Source of the DNA: an uncultured Candidatus Rokubacteria bacterium
Lineage (GTDB): Bacteria > Methylomirabilota > Methylomirabilia > Rokubacteriales > CSP1-6
Direction: 5' to 3'
DNA length: 64,000 bases
Assembly: GCA_963758635.1 (NCBI GenBank)
Contig: CAVWWD010000008.1
Coordinates: 256,001-320,000 of the forward strand
A program made the translations under genes and the position numbers. The first letter of the stretch is position 1; every line of letters begins with the position of its first letter. The notes beneath the pieces were generated by a model. It worked only from the letters and a program-made list of their open reading frames with translations, was not told the DNA's origin and ran no database searches. Below are positions 45,545-56,468 of the stretch, in pieces.

Positions 45545-45944
45545 GTGCCCGCTACCGATCGCAAGGAGATCCGCGTCCCCGGCATGCCCGAGCCCGTCAG
45601 CCACTACACGGACGTCGTTCGCGCGGGCCGCATGGTCTTCGTCTCCGGCTGCGTGGCGTGCTGACGCCGACGGCCGGACGGTCGGCGGGGCCGACGTGAC
45701 CGCCCAGGCCCGGCAGGTCCACGAGAACCTCAAGCGCTGCCTGGCCGCCGCGGGCGCGACGTTCGCCGACGTGTGCAAGGTCACCGTGTTCCTGAAGGAC
45801 GTGAACGACCGCGAGAAGGTCAACGCGGTCCGCCGCGAATACTTCGGCGCGAGCCGGCCCGCGAGCACGCTCGTCGAGATCTCCCGGCTCGTCCGCGACG
45901 ACCTGCTGCTGGAGATCGAGGCCGTCGCGGTGCTGCCGGAATGA
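45545..45944 (+). CDS. RidA/YjgF family protein (one indel near 45660)
   Basis: PVSHYT..VRAG..VFVSG / AQARQVHENL...PASTLVEISRL...LEIEAVA. Confidence 0.85.
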
Positions 45945-46801
45945 GCGCGGCGCCGCTGCTCACCGTCGGGCGCCTGCGCGTCAGCTCCGTGGTGGAGCGC
46001 GCCGGGCCCACCCGGCCGACCTGGCTCCTGCCCGACGCGACGCCGGAGGCGGTGGACCGGCACCGTGGCTGGCTGGCGCCGCACTTCCTCGACGAGGGCG
46101 GCCGCTTCCTCCAGAGCGTGCACAGCTTCGTCGTCCAGGCGCCCGGGCTCACGATGCTGGTCGACACCTGCATCGGCAACGACAAGCCGCGCGCCCAGCG
46201 GCACTGGCACATGCTGCGCACCTCGTACCTGGAGGACCTTGCCGCCGCGGGGTTCCCGCCCGAGTCCATCGACCTCGTGCTGTGCACGCACCTGCACGTG
46301 GACCACGTGGGGTGGAACACGCGTCTCCAGGACGGGCGGTGGGTGCCGACGTTCCCGCGGGCCCGCTACCTCTTCGCGCGCGCGGAGTGGGAGCACTGGG
46401 CGAAGCAGGACGGCGACGAGTACGGCCCGATCATCGCCGACAGCGTGCGGCCCATCGTGGAGGCGGGCCGCGCCGACCTCGTCGCCGCCGACCACGTGAT
46501 CGGCGACGAGCTCGCGCTCCTGCCCACGCCCGGCCACACGCCGGGGCACGTGAGCCTCCGCCTGACCTCGCAGGGCGAGGAAGCCGTGATCACCGGCGAC
46601 CTCATGCACGCGCCCATCCAGTGCGCGGAGCCCGACTGGGCGACCGCGTTCGACACCGATGCCGAGCACGCCCGCGTCACCCGGCGCGCGTTCCTCGAGC
46701 GCCACGCCAACCGGGACGTCTGGGTGCTGGGCACGCACTTCCACACCCCCTCCGCCGGCCACGTCGTCCGCGAAGGCGCCACGTGGCGCTTTCGCGTCTG
46801 A
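45941..46801 (+). CDS. Metallo-beta-lactamase fold hydrolase
   Basis: THLHVDHVG, TPGHTPGH, GDLMH, GTHF. Confidence 0.93.
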   Translation: MSAAPLLTVGRLRVSSVVERAGPTRPTWLLPDATPEAVDRHRGWLAPHFLDEGGRFLQSVHSFVVQAPGLTMLVDTCIGNDKPRAQRHWHMLRTSYLEDLAAAGFPPESIDLVLCTHLHVDHVGWNTRLQDGRWVPTFPRARYLFARAEWEHWAKQDGDEYGPIIADSVRPIVEAGRADLVAADHVIGDELALLPTPGHTPGHVSLRLTSQGEEAVITGDLMHAPIQCAEPDWATAFDTDAEHARVTRRAFLERHANRDVWVLGTHFHTPSAGHVVREGATWRFRV

Positions 46802-46813
46802 GCCGGCGGGGCG

Positions 46814-46902
46814 TGTGAATGAATGGCGAGGCGGCCCCGCGTGTGTACGCAGAATCGCGGTGTTGGCCCGCAAGGCGACGTCGACATCCAGATTGCTTCA
46901 CA
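46814..46902 (+). repeat. Dispersed repeat family A, copy 3
   Basis: TGTGAATGAAT...GTACGCAGAATCGCGGTGTT...ATTGCTTCACA with imperfect terminal inverted repeat. Confidence 0.85.
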
Positions 46903-46933
46903 ACTTCGTACGGGAGACCCGAGGAGACCAGCC

Positions 46934-47356
46934 ATGCCGATCGCCAAGGACTTCGCCGCCGCCTTCAACCGCCGGGACCCCGACGCGCTGGTCGCGCTGT
47001 TCACCGACGGCGCGACCTACGACGACCTCTTCTACGGCCCCCACACCGGGCGCCCCGTGCTGCGCGAGATGTTCGCGCGCATGTTCCACGAAGGCCGCGA
47101 CTACGACTGGTCGATGGAGGTCGTGGTGGAGGACGGCCGCCGCGAGGCCGCGGAGTGGACGTTCTCGTACGTGGTGAGCGACGCGCTGCCGCGCAGCGCC
47201 GGCCGCAAGGTGCGCTTCCGCGGCATGAGCCTGTTCGAGCTCGAGGGGGGGAAGATCGCCGCGTACCGCGAGCACGCCAACACCGGCCTCGCCCTGCTCC
47301 AGCTCGGCTTCGCCCCCGAGGCCCTCGCCAAGGTGCTGTCGCGGAGCCTCCGGTGA
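46934..47356 (+). CDS. SnoaL/NTF2-like protein
   Basis: AFNRRDPDALVALFTDGATYDD, GMSLFELEGGKI. Confidence 0.88.
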   Translation: MPIAKDFAAAFNRRDPDALVALFTDGATYDDLFYGPHTGRPVLREMFARMFHEGRDYDWSMEVVVEDGRREAAEWTFSYVVSDALPRSAGRKVRFRGMSLFELEGGKIAAYREHANTGLALLQLGFAPEALAKVLSRSLR

Positions 47357-48201
47357 CGGGGGCGCCCGCGCTCGTCGGCACGGACTGGCTCGCCGCGCAC
47401 CTCGCCGACGGCGACGTGCGGGTGATCGACGCCACCTGGTACCTGCCGCACCTGCAGCGGGACGCGCGCGCGGAGTTCGAGGCGGCGCGCCTGCCCGGCG
47501 CCGTCTACTTCGACATCGAGGCGATCTCGGATCACGCCTCGTCGCTGCCCCACATGCTGCCGGCCGCGGAGGGGTTCGCGGCCGCGGTGGGCGCGCTCGG
47601 CATCGGCAGCGGCGATCACGTGGTGGCGTACGGCGGCAAGAACCTGATCGCGTCCGCCCGCGCGTGGTGGATGTTCCGGGTCTTCGGTCACGACCGCGTC
47701 AGCGTGCTCGACGGCGGATCGGCGAAGTGGCGCGCGGAAGGCCGCCCGATCGACGCGGGCCGCCCCGCGCCGCCCGCGGCCCGACCCTTCACCGCGCGCT
47801 TCCGGCCCGAGCTGGTGCGGAGCGTCGGAGAGGTGCGGGACAACGTCGCGTCCCGGCGCGAGCAGGCCCTCGACGCCCGTTCCGCGGGCCGCTTCACGGG
47901 CGCGGAGCCGGAGATCCGCCCCGGTGTCCGGAGCGGCCACATCCCGGGGAGCCTGAACCTGCCCTACGACCGGCTCTTCCCGGCGCCGGACGGACTGCTC
48001 GCGCCCGTCGCCGAGCTCAAGCGCGCGTTCGAGGCGTCCGGCCTCGACGTGGGGAAGCCCGTGTTCACCACGTGCGGCTCGGGCGTCAGCGCCGCCGTGC
48101 TCGCGCTGGGCCTGCACCAGATCGGCCGCGCGGACGTCCCGTTTACGACGGCTCGTGGACGGAGTGGGGCGGGCGGAGACGACACGCCGATCGAGCGCTG
48201 A
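47353..48201 (+). CDS. sseA: 3-mercaptopyruvate sulfurtransferase / rhodanese
   Basis: LPHMLP, ARAWWMFRVFG, VLDGG, GHIPG, CGSGVSA; VYDGSWTEW in an adjacent frame (compensated indels). Confidence 0.9.
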   Translation: MTGAPALVGTDWLAAHLADGDVRVIDATWYLPHLQRDARAEFEAARLPGAVYFDIEAISDHASSLPHMLPAAEGFAAAVGALGIGSGDHVVAYGGKNLIASARAWWMFRVFGHDRVSVLDGGSAKWRAEGRPIDAGRPAPPAARPFTARFRPELVRSVGEVRDNVASRREQALDARSAGRFTGAEPEIRPGVRSGHIPGSLNLPYDRLFPAPDGLLAPVAELKRAFEASGLDVGKPVFTTCGSGVSAAVLALGLHQIGRADVPFTTARGRSGAGGDDTPIER

Positions 48202-48230
48202 CCGCCGCGGACGAACCGCGGGTCGCGTGC

Positions 48231-48297
48231 TGTTGCGCGAGGGTCTGACCCCGATGTTGCGCGTTGTTGCGCGAGGGCCTGACCCCGATGTTGCGCG
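48231..48297. repeat. Tandem duplication (34-nt period) containing REP-like GGGTCTGACCCC
   Basis: TGTTGCGCGAGGG(T/C)CTGACCCCGATGTTGCGCG twice. Confidence 0.85.
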
Positions 48298-48313
48298 CCG
48301 GGCCGAGGCGGGG

Positions 48314-49180
48314 CTACTTCTTGGCGGCCTGGGCCTTCTTGGCGGGCGCCTCGGCGCGGACCTTGGCGGGGGCTTTCGCGGCGGGCTTCTTGGCGTCGGC
48401 GCCGTCGCCGCGCCTGGCCAGGCTCTCCTTCAGCGCCTCCATCAGATCGATGACCTGGGCGCGCGGCGCCTCGGGGGTCGCCGTGGTGATCTCCTTGCCC
48501 TCGACCTTGGAGTTGACGAGGTCGAGCACGCGCTGCCGGTACTCGTCCTGGTACTGCTCGGGCTTGAACTCCTCGCGCGTCAGCTCGTCGATCAGGCGCT
48601 GCGCCAGGTCCAGCTCGCCGTCGCGGATCTTGGCGCTCTCGCCCTTGTCGATCTCGCCGAAGTCGCGGACCTCGTCGGCGAAGTACATGGTGTGGAGCAT
48701 CAGGCCCTTCTGCGAGGGGCGGATGAGGACGAGGCTCTCCTTGCCGCGCATCACGAACTTGGCCAGGGCCACGCGGTCCGACTTCGCCATGGCGTCGGCG
48801 AGGAGCCGGTAGGCCTTCTCGCCGCCCTTGTCCGGCCCCAGGAAGTACGTCTTCTCGAAGTAGATGGGATCCACGCGGTCCAGCGGGACGAACTCCTCGA
48901 TGTCGATGACCTTCGAGGCCTCGCCCTCGAGGGCCTTGAGCTCGTCCTCGCCGAAGCGCACGTACTGGTCCTTCGTGTACTCGTAGCCCCGCACGAGCGC
49001 GTTGCGCTCGACCGTCTCGTTGCACGCGGGGCAGAACGTCTGCTGCCGGATGCGGCTGCCGCACTTGGCGTGCAGCATGTTGAAGGCGACGCCGCCGCTG
49101 GCGGCGGCGGTGTACATCCGGATGGGGATGGACACCAGCCCGAACGAGATCGTGCCGGAACCGGTGGAATGGGGAGGCAT
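48314..49180 (-). CDS. ku: NHEJ Ku protein
   Basis: GTISFGLVSIP, LVRGYEY, IDIEEFV, KAYRLL, YQDEY, VIDLMEALKESL, Lys/Ala-rich tail. Confidence 0.96.
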   Translation of the reverse strand: MPPHSTGSGTISFGLVSIPIRMYTAAASGGVAFNMLHAKCGSRIRQQTFCPACNETVERNALVRGYEYTKDQYVRFGEDELKALEGEASKVIDIEEFVPLDRVDPIYFEKTYFLGPDKGGEKAYRLLADAMAKSDRVALAKFVMRGKESLVLIRPSQKGLMLHTMYFADEVRDFGEIDKGESAKIRDGELDLAQRLIDELTREEFKPEQYQDEYRQRVLDLVNSKVEGKEITTATPEAPRAQVIDLMEALKESLARRGDGADAKKPAAKAPAKVRAEAPAKKAQAAKK

Positions 49181-49238
49181 GGCCGCGGCCCTCCGTGGTA
49201 GGTGACGTTCGATTTCACGATTATCACGCGCCTCCGCT

Positions 49239-51359
49239 ATGCTTCCAAGCGTCCACGCCTGTCCCACCCCTTGGGCCCGCGAGCCCCGACGAGGTCAATC
49301 GGTAGTGAGCGAGGACCGACGGGCGTGTCGGGCGATCTCGCCGGCGACGCCGTCGGCCACGCGCGCCGCGCTCCGTGCGCGTCTGGCCGCGATGCGCGCG
49401 CCCCGCGGCGACGTGCCCGCGCGCGGCCAGCCCCTCATGCTCGCCACCGCGGAGGCGCGCCCGTTCTCGCGCGCGGGCTGGCTCTTCGAGATCAAGTACG
49501 ACGGGGTGCGCGTGCTCGCCTGCCGCCGCGGCGAGGTCGTGGAGCTCCTCGGCCGCTCCGGCCAGGACGTCACCGCGCGATATCCGGAGGTGACGCGCGC
49601 GCTCCTCGCCCGGCCCGTCGACGCCTTCCTGATCGACGGCGAGATCGTCGCCTTCGACGGTGGCGGCCGGCCGTCGTTCCAGCGCCTGCAGGCCCGCATG
49701 GGCCTCACCGTCGTCGCCGACGTGGAGCGCGGCATGCGCGACGTGCCCGTCACGGGGGTCTTCTTCGACTGCCTGGCCGCGGACGGCCGCGACCTCCGCG
49801 AGCGTCCGCTGACGGACCGGAAGGCCTGCCTCGCGGACCTGCTGCCCGCCGCCGGCGTGGCGCGCTACGGGGACCACGTGGCCGAGCACGGCGAGGCATT
49901 TTTCGCGGCGGCGTCGCGTGCGCGGCTCGAGGGGATCGTCGCCAAGCGCGGGGCGAGCCGCTACGCCGGCGGTCGCTCGCGCGACTGGATCAAGATCAAG
50001 TGCCAGCTCCGCCAGGAGTTCGTCGTCGGCGGCTACACGGAGCCCCAGGGCTCGCGCGGCCACTTCGGCGCGCTGCACATCGGCCTCTACGAGGGGCCGG
50101 TCGAGCGCCCGCGCCTCGCCTACGTCTGCAAGGTGGGCACGGGCTTCGACGACAAGACCCTCCGCGCGATCCTCGCGCGCCTCGCGCCGCTGGCGCGCGA
50201 CGCCACGCCGTTCGACGTGGGAAGCCCGGCCGGCCGCGGCCATCACTGGGTCGAGCCCACGCTGGTGTGCGAGGTGCGCTTCACCGAATGGACCGACGAG
50301 GGCGGGCTCCGGCATCCCACGTTCCTCGGGCTCCGGGAGGACAAGCGCCCGCACGAGTGCCGGAAGGAAGCGCCGGCCGGGGCTCCGGGATCCGTCGCCC
50401 CGGCGCCGGCGCCGGCCGTGGGCTCCGCCGGCGCGCCGCGCGTCAGGCTGACCAACCTCGGGAAGGTGTTCTGGCCCGGCGAAGGCTACACGAAGGGCGA
50501 CCTCGTCGCGTACTACGACGCGGTGGCGCCGCGGCTGCTCCCGTACCTCGCGGACCGGCCGGTCGTGCTCACGCGCTACCCGGACGGCATCGACGGGAAG
50601 TCGTTCTTCCAGAAGGACGCGCCGGAGCTCGTGCCGTCGTGGGTGCGGACGGAGACGATCTTCTCGCGGGACACCGGACGCGACATCGCGTACTTCATCC
50701 TCGACGACGCGCGGAGCCTCTCCTTCGTGGCCAACATGGCCACGATCCCGCTGCACGTCTGGAGCGCGCGCCTGGCCGCCCTCGATCGCCCGGACTGGCT
50801 CGTGATCGACCTCGACCCCAAGGAGGCGCCGTTCACCGACGTGGTGGCGGTGGCGACGGCCCTCCGCCGGATCCTCGACGAGCTCGAGCTGCCGAGCTAC
50901 CCCAAGACGTCGGGGGCCACGGGGCTCCACATCCTGGTGCCCCTGGGCGCGCGCTACAGCCACGAGGAGACGCGGAACTTCGCCCGCCTGATCGCGCTGC
51001 TCGGCGTGGAGGCGGCGCCCGGGATCGCCACGGTGGCGCGCCCGGTCCGGGAGCGCGGTGGCAAGGTCTACATCGACTTCGGCCAGAACGGCCACGGCGT
51101 CACCATCGTGGCCCCGTACTCGGTGCGCCCGCGTCCGGGCGCCCCCGCGTCCTGCCCGCTCCTGTGGTCGGAGGTGACGGCGCGTCTCGATCCCTCGCGC
51201 TTCACGATCCGGACGATCCCCGGCCGCTTCGAGCGCATGGACGATCCGATGCGCGCCGTGCTGGGCCCCGGCATCGACATGGCCGCGGCCCTCGCGCGCG
51301 TCGAGGCGCGGATGAGCGCGGCGCGCGCGGCGCCGGGCCGCCGGCCGCGGCGCGCGTGA
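49239..51359 (+). CDS. ligD: DNA ligase D (ligase plus C-terminal primase-polymerase); start uncertain
   Basis: FEIKYDG, EGIVAK, RSRDWIKIK, LRHPTFLGLREDK; then TKGDL..YY, RYPDG, FFQK, DLDP, KTSG..GLH, APYSVR. Confidence 0.93.
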   Translation: MLPSVHACPTPWAREPRRGQSVVSEDRRACRAISPATPSATRAALRARLAAMRAPRGDVPARGQPLMLATAEARPFSRAGWLFEIKYDGVRVLACRRGEVVELLGRSGQDVTARYPEVTRALLARPVDAFLIDGEIVAFDGGGRPSFQRLQARMGLTVVADVERGMRDVPVTGVFFDCLAADGRDLRERPLTDRKACLADLLPAAGVARYGDHVAEHGEAFFAAASRARLEGIVAKRGASRYAGGRSRDWIKIKCQLRQEFVVGGYTEPQGSRGHFGALHIGLYEGPVERPRLAYVCKVGTGFDDKTLRAILARLAPLARDATPFDVGSPAGRGHHWVEPTLVCEVRFTEWTDEGGLRHPTFLGLREDKRPHECRKEAPAGAPGSVAPAPAPAVGSAGAPRVRLTNLGKVFWPGEGYTKGDLVAYYDAVAPRLLPYLADRPVVLTRYPDGIDGKSFFQKDAPELVPSWVRTETIFSRDTGRDIAYFILDDARSLSFVANMATIPLHVWSARLAALDRPDWLVIDLDPKEAPFTDVVAVATALRRILDELELPSYPKTSGATGLHILVPLGARYSHEETRNFARLIALLGVEAAPGIATVARPVRERGGKVYIDFGQNGHGVTIVAPYSVRPRPGAPASCPLLWSEVTARLDPSRFTIRTIPGRFERMDDPMRAVLGPGIDMAAALARVEARMSAARAAPGRRPRRA

Positions 51360-51431
51360 GCGAGTGCCGCTTCTCTCCGCCCGGCCCCGGCGGCGCGCGT
51401 GAGCAGTGCCGCTTCTCTCCGCCCGGCCGCG
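51347..51431. repeat. Tandem duplication (~42 nt) spanning the ligD stop codon
   Basis: GCGGCGCGCGTGAGC(G)AGTGCCGCTTCTCTCCGCCCGGCC(C/G)CG twice. Confidence 0.8.
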
Positions 51432-51488
51432 GCGGCGCCCGGAGTCGTGCCACTTGTCTCCATCCTGCTATAGAATCCCTGGACGCCG

Positions 51489-52019
51489 ATGATCGTCATC
51501 GAGACCGAGCGGCTCCTCCTCCGCGAGTTCAAGAACGATGACCTGGACGCCGTCGCGGCCATGACGGCCGACCCCGAGGTGATGCGCTACCTCGGCGACG
51601 GCCGGACGATCGACCGCGCCGACGCCTGGCGCCAGATGGCGATGTTCATGGGGCACTGGGCGCTCCGGGGATACGGGGTGTGGGCGCTCGAGGAGCGGCG
51701 GAGCGGCGCCTTCGTGGGGCGCGCGGGCCTCTTCTACCCGGACGGCTGGCCGGCGCCCGAGCTGGTCTGGGCGCTGGCGCGCCCGCACTGGGGCAAGGGC
51801 TACGCGACGGAGGCGACGCGCGCGGCGCTCGACCATGCCTTCGGCGCGCTGGGCTGGGAGCGGGCCATCAGCCTGATCCGGCCCGAGAACGCGCGCTCGG
51901 TCCGTGTGGCCGAGCGCCTCGGCGAGACGCTGGAGGGTCGGGTCGAGCTCCGCGGCCTCGAGGCGCTCGTCTACTCGGTCTCGCGGGCGGCGTGGCGCGC
52001 CGGCCGAGGCGCCGCGTGA
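51489..52019 (+). CDS. GNAT N-acetyltransferase (RimJ/RimL family)
   Basis: IETERLLLR, WGKGYATEA, PENARSVRVAERLG. Confidence 0.93.
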   Translation: MIVIETERLLLREFKNDDLDAVAAMTADPEVMRYLGDGRTIDRADAWRQMAMFMGHWALRGYGVWALEERRSGAFVGRAGLFYPDGWPAPELVWALARPHWGKGYATEATRAALDHAFGALGWERAISLIRPENARSVRVAERLGETLEGRVELRGLEALVYSVSRAAWRAGRGAA

Positions 52020-52928
52020 CGATGCCGGGCCTCGACCCCGGGCGGCGATCGCTCCCGGCGCTGGGCTGGCCCGCGCTCACCGTGGGGAGCCTGCTCGTCG
52101 GCATGCTCGCGCTCGCCTCCGAGTCGGGCCGCGCCCTCGGCCGGCCGCCCGCGCGGCTCCTCCTCGACCTGCCCGGCGCCGTGGTGGCGATCGCGTGGGC
52201 CGCCGCGACCATCGCGTGCCTGCTGCTGTTCGCGTTCCTGCTCGCCCTGGTGCGACGCCGCCGGAAGGAGCACGACGAGCGCTTCGCCCTCGGCGGCCTG
52301 CTCCTGCTGCCGCTGTTCATCCTGTTCGCCGCCCTCATGAATGATGGCTCGCTCGATGGGCTGCTCTCGGTGTGGTCCGGCCTGACCCGCCCGCCGGTCT
52401 CGTTGCCGCCGACGGACCCAGGCACCGAGCCGCCCGTCGCCTCGCTGCCGCTCTTCTCGATCGCCGTGGGCGTCCTCGTCCTGCTCCTCGCCGCGACGGT
52501 CCTGGCCCTCGCGATCTGGCTGGTCTTCGGCGAGCGGCTGTCCGACTGGTGGCGGAGCCGCGTTCTCGCCGTACCCGGGCCGCTCGAGGCCGCGGTGGCG
52601 GAGAGCCTCGACGAGCTGCGGATCGACCCCGACCCGCGGCGCGCCATCATCGGCTGCTATCGGAGGTTCGAGCACGCCCTGGCCCGGTCACGGTTCCCGC
52701 GGGCGCCATGGCAGACGCCGCTCGAGTTCCTGCGAGCCGTGCTCGAGCGCTTGCCGCTGCCCGCCGACGCGGTGCGGACCCTCACGGGGCTCTTCGAGCG
52801 CGCGCGTTTCAGTGACGAGGCGCTGGGCGAGGCCGACCGCCAGGCCGCGCTGGAGGCGGTGCTCGCGATCCAGGCCAGCCTGGACGCCCGGCCCGCCGCG
52901 GCGCCGGGCGCCGGCCGAGGCCCGCTGA
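52016..52928 (+). CDS. DUF4129 domain membrane protein
   Basis: TM helices then DPRRAIIGCYRRFE...QTPLEF...LTGLFERARFS; apparently fused to the next gene by an indel (TGATG at 52926-52930). Confidence 0.8.
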
Positions 52929-53413
52929 TGTCACCTCTCGCGCGCCACGCGCTCCGCATCGCCGCCGGCTACGCCGCGCTCGTGGGCCTCGTGGCCCTGG
53001 CCGCGCTGCCCGTGTCCTATTCCCTCGCTCCGGCCGGCCGCGCCACACTGCTCCACCTGGCCGCGGGTGTCGTGCTCGCCGTCGCGCTCGCCCAGGTGGC
53101 CAAGGCGGCCCGCCGTCGCGTGGAGGAGCAGCCGCCGTCGGCCTTCGACCGCGCCCTCGTCCGGCTCGAGCCCGATCCAAGCCTGCCGCGCGACTTCCGC
53201 GAGCTGTTCGACGAGGTCCGCTTCGGCCGGGCGCGCGACGGTTACTTCCAGCGCATCCTGTGGCCGCGCCTCCTGGGCCTCGCCGCGTCGCGCCCCGGCG
53301 CGCCGGCTCTCGTCCAGCCCCCGCGCTCCCGGCTGCGGCGCTGGCTCGGGCTCGGGCCCACCCTGTCCGCGATCCGCGGTGTCATCGCCCGCGTGGAGGC
53401 CGGGAATGAATAG
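52928..53413 (+). CDS. Hypothetical membrane protein of the MoxR cassette
   Basis: Two TM segments then a soluble tail (YFQRILWPRL); position between DUF4129 and MoxR. Confidence 0.65.
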   Translation: MSPLARHALRIAAGYAALVGLVALAALPVSYSLAPAGRATLLHLAAGVVLAVALAQVAKAARRRVEEQPPSAFDRALVRLEPDPSLPRDFRELFDEVRFGRARDGYFQRILWPRLLGLAASRPGAPALVQPPRSRLRRWLGLGPTLSAIRGVIARVEAGNE

Positions 53414-53489
53414 CGAGACGGCATTTCGCGCGTACGCAGAATCGCGGTGTTGGTCCGCTCGCCGACGTCAGAATCCGCATTCCTTCACA
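53401..53489 (+). repeat. Dispersed repeat family A, copy 4
   Basis: GAATGAATAG...GTACGCAGAATCGCGGTGTT...CATTCCTTCACA. Confidence 0.85.
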
Positions 53490-53509
53490 ACCTGTGTGGA
53501 GGACGCGTC

Positions 53510-54462
<953 letters not shown>

Positions 54463-54466
<4 letters not shown>

Positions 54467-55779
54467 TCGCCTCGCCGCCGGGGGCCGGGCCCGGCGGCGC
54501 CGTCGCGCGCCGGCTCACCGGCGCCACCGTCTCCGCGCTCGCGCTGATCGCGCTCGCGCTGCTGCTCGGCGTGGTCTCGGGCCGGGCCGAGCTGTTCGTG
54601 GCCGGCGTGCCGCTGGCCCTGCGCCTGCTGGCCGGCGCCCGGCGCCGCCCGCCGAGCGCCTGGACCCTCACGCACGCGGTGTCCTCCACCCGCCTCTTCG
54701 AGGGCGAGCGCCTCACCGTGATCACCACGCTCACGTCGCCCACTCGCCTCCCCCAGGTGGAAGCGCTCGAGCCGCTCCCGGCGTCGGCGCGGCTCATGTC
54801 GGGGGCGAACCGTGTGGTGGTGTCGGTCGGGGCGGGGGAAACGGCGACGTGGAGCTACGAGATCGACTTCCCGGAGCGGGCGCGCGTGGCCCTCGGCGCC
54901 GTGCACCTGCGCGACTGGAGCCCGACGGGCCTCGCCGTGGACGAATCGGTCCGGTTCGAGCCGGCGATGGTGCGCGTCTACCCGCGGGCGATGCCGCTCC
55001 GGCGCCTGCCCGCGCCCCGACGCACCCAGACCTCGGTGGGCAACTACGTGTCGCCGCTGGTGGGCGACGGGCTCGAGCCGGGCGATGTGCGCCTGTTCGC
55101 GCCCGGTGACCGCGTGCGCCACGTGAACTGGCGCGCCTCGCTGCGCCTGGGCCGCCTCTACGTGACCCGCTACCAGCAGGAGCGCAACGCCAACGTCGTC
55201 CTGATGCTGGACTCGCTCGTCGACGCGGGCGAGGGCGCCACCTCCGCGCTGTCCGAGGGCCTGCGCGCCGTCTCCTCGCTCGCCGCCGCGTACCTCGCGC
55301 GCAAGGACCGCGTCGGGCTCATCGAGTACGGCGGCGTGCTCCGCTGGGTGCGGCCGGGATCCGGGCGGCCGCACTTCGAGCGCCTGCTCGACACCTTGCT
55401 CCGCGCCGACGTGACCTTCACCTACGTGGCCAAGGACCTCGGGCTGATCCCGGCGCGCGTCCTGCCGCCCCAGGCGCTGGTGATCGCGATCACCCCGCTC
55501 CTGGACGGCCGGTTCGTGACCGCGATCGCCGATCTCGCCGGGCGCGGCTTCGACCTCATCGTGCTCGCCGTGGACGCCGTCGCGGCCACGCGCGCGTCGG
55601 TGCGACCCACGCCGCTCCTCGACGCGGTGTGCCGGCTGTGGCGGCTCGAGCGGGAGCGGCAGATCGCGGACCTCTCGGCGCGCGGGCTCGACGTGGTGGA
55701 CTGGCGTGGCGGCGAGCCCCTCGAGCTGGCGTTGTCGCGAGCGGGCCGGCGCCGGCCGCGGCGGGCGGTGGCAGGATGA
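54463..55779 (+). CDS. DUF58 (VWA-like) protein
   Basis: [23 protein letters not shown]. Confidence 0.9.
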
Positions 55780-56468
55780 GGGTGCCGCTCGCGCTGGTCC
55801 CGATGAGCTTCCTGGTGAGCCTGCCGATCCTCGTGCTGCCCACGGGGCCCATCGGGGCGCTCGGCGCCCTCGCCGCGCTCGCGCTGATCGTCTCCGTGCT
55901 GGTCGGCCTGCGCGCGCTCCTCGTCGCGGGCACGGGCCTCGCCCTGGTCCAGTACGGCCTCGCGCTCTACCTCCGCGGCGGCGCGGTGGACTGGGGCGGG
56001 GCGGCCGCCTTCGGCGTGATGCTCGCCCTGACCCTCGACGCCGCGGACTTCGGCATCCGCTTCCGCCGCGCGCACGTGACCCCGGCCGCGCTCCGCGCCC
56101 AGCTCCGCTCGTGGGTGGCGATCGTGATCGCGGGCGCCGCCGTGTGCGCCGTCCTCGTGGTCGCGGCGGCGGGCGGGATCGGGATTCCCGCCGGCTGGGA
56201 GCCCATCGTGGCCGCGCTCGCCGCCATCGGCGCCACGCTGGGCCTCGCCGGCGCGCTCAGGAGCTCGAGTGATCCTCGCAGAAGTACGGTAACCGCCACG
56301 GGCCTCTACAATCCCACCGCTCGGCATTGGTCTGATGCGCGGGGCTCAGTAGCCGGGCCTGAGAGCGGCGGCGGCTCCGGATCGGCGGGTCAGCTCGCGC
56401 CGGGAAGCATCTCGCGGAGCTGGCGCGCGAAGGCGGGCCCGATGCCGGACTCCTCGTGCTTGAAGTAG
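55776..56468 (+). CDS. Hypothetical multi-pass membrane protein; 3' end reads through repeat B
   Basis: ATGA coupling to DUF58; hydrophobic helices to ~56260, then non-protein-like sequence. Confidence 0.6.
   Translation: MRVPLALVPMSFLVSLPILVLPTGPIGALGALAALALIVSVLVGLRALLVAGTGLALVQYGLALYLRGGAVDWGGAAAFGVMLALTLDAADFGIRFRRAHVTPAALRAQLRSWVAIVIAGAAVCAVLVVAAAGGIGIPAGWEPIVAALAAIGATLGLAGALRSSSDPRRSTVTATGLYNPTARHWSDARGSVAGPESGGGSGSAGQLAPGSISRSWRAKAGPMPDSSCLK
56265..56348 (+). repeat. Dispersed repeat family B, copy 2
   Basis: TCGAGTGATCCTCGCAGAA...CTCTACAATCCCACCGCTCGG...TCTGATGCGCGGGGCTCA. Confidence 0.9.

Noticed and set aside
45655..45670. In-frame TGA after Cys in RidA as possible selenocysteine
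   Set aside because: The homologous sequence continues in a different frame, so it is a frameshift, not readthrough
49198..49232. Possible LexA or CRP box between ku and ligD
   Set aside because: Only half-site matches (GTTCG; GTGA..TCAC with wrong spacing)
51680..53413. Apparent 577-aa DUF4129 fusion
   Set aside because: TGATG stop/start overlap at 52926-52930 indicates two genes joined by an indel; the N-terminal part shadows the GNAT gene
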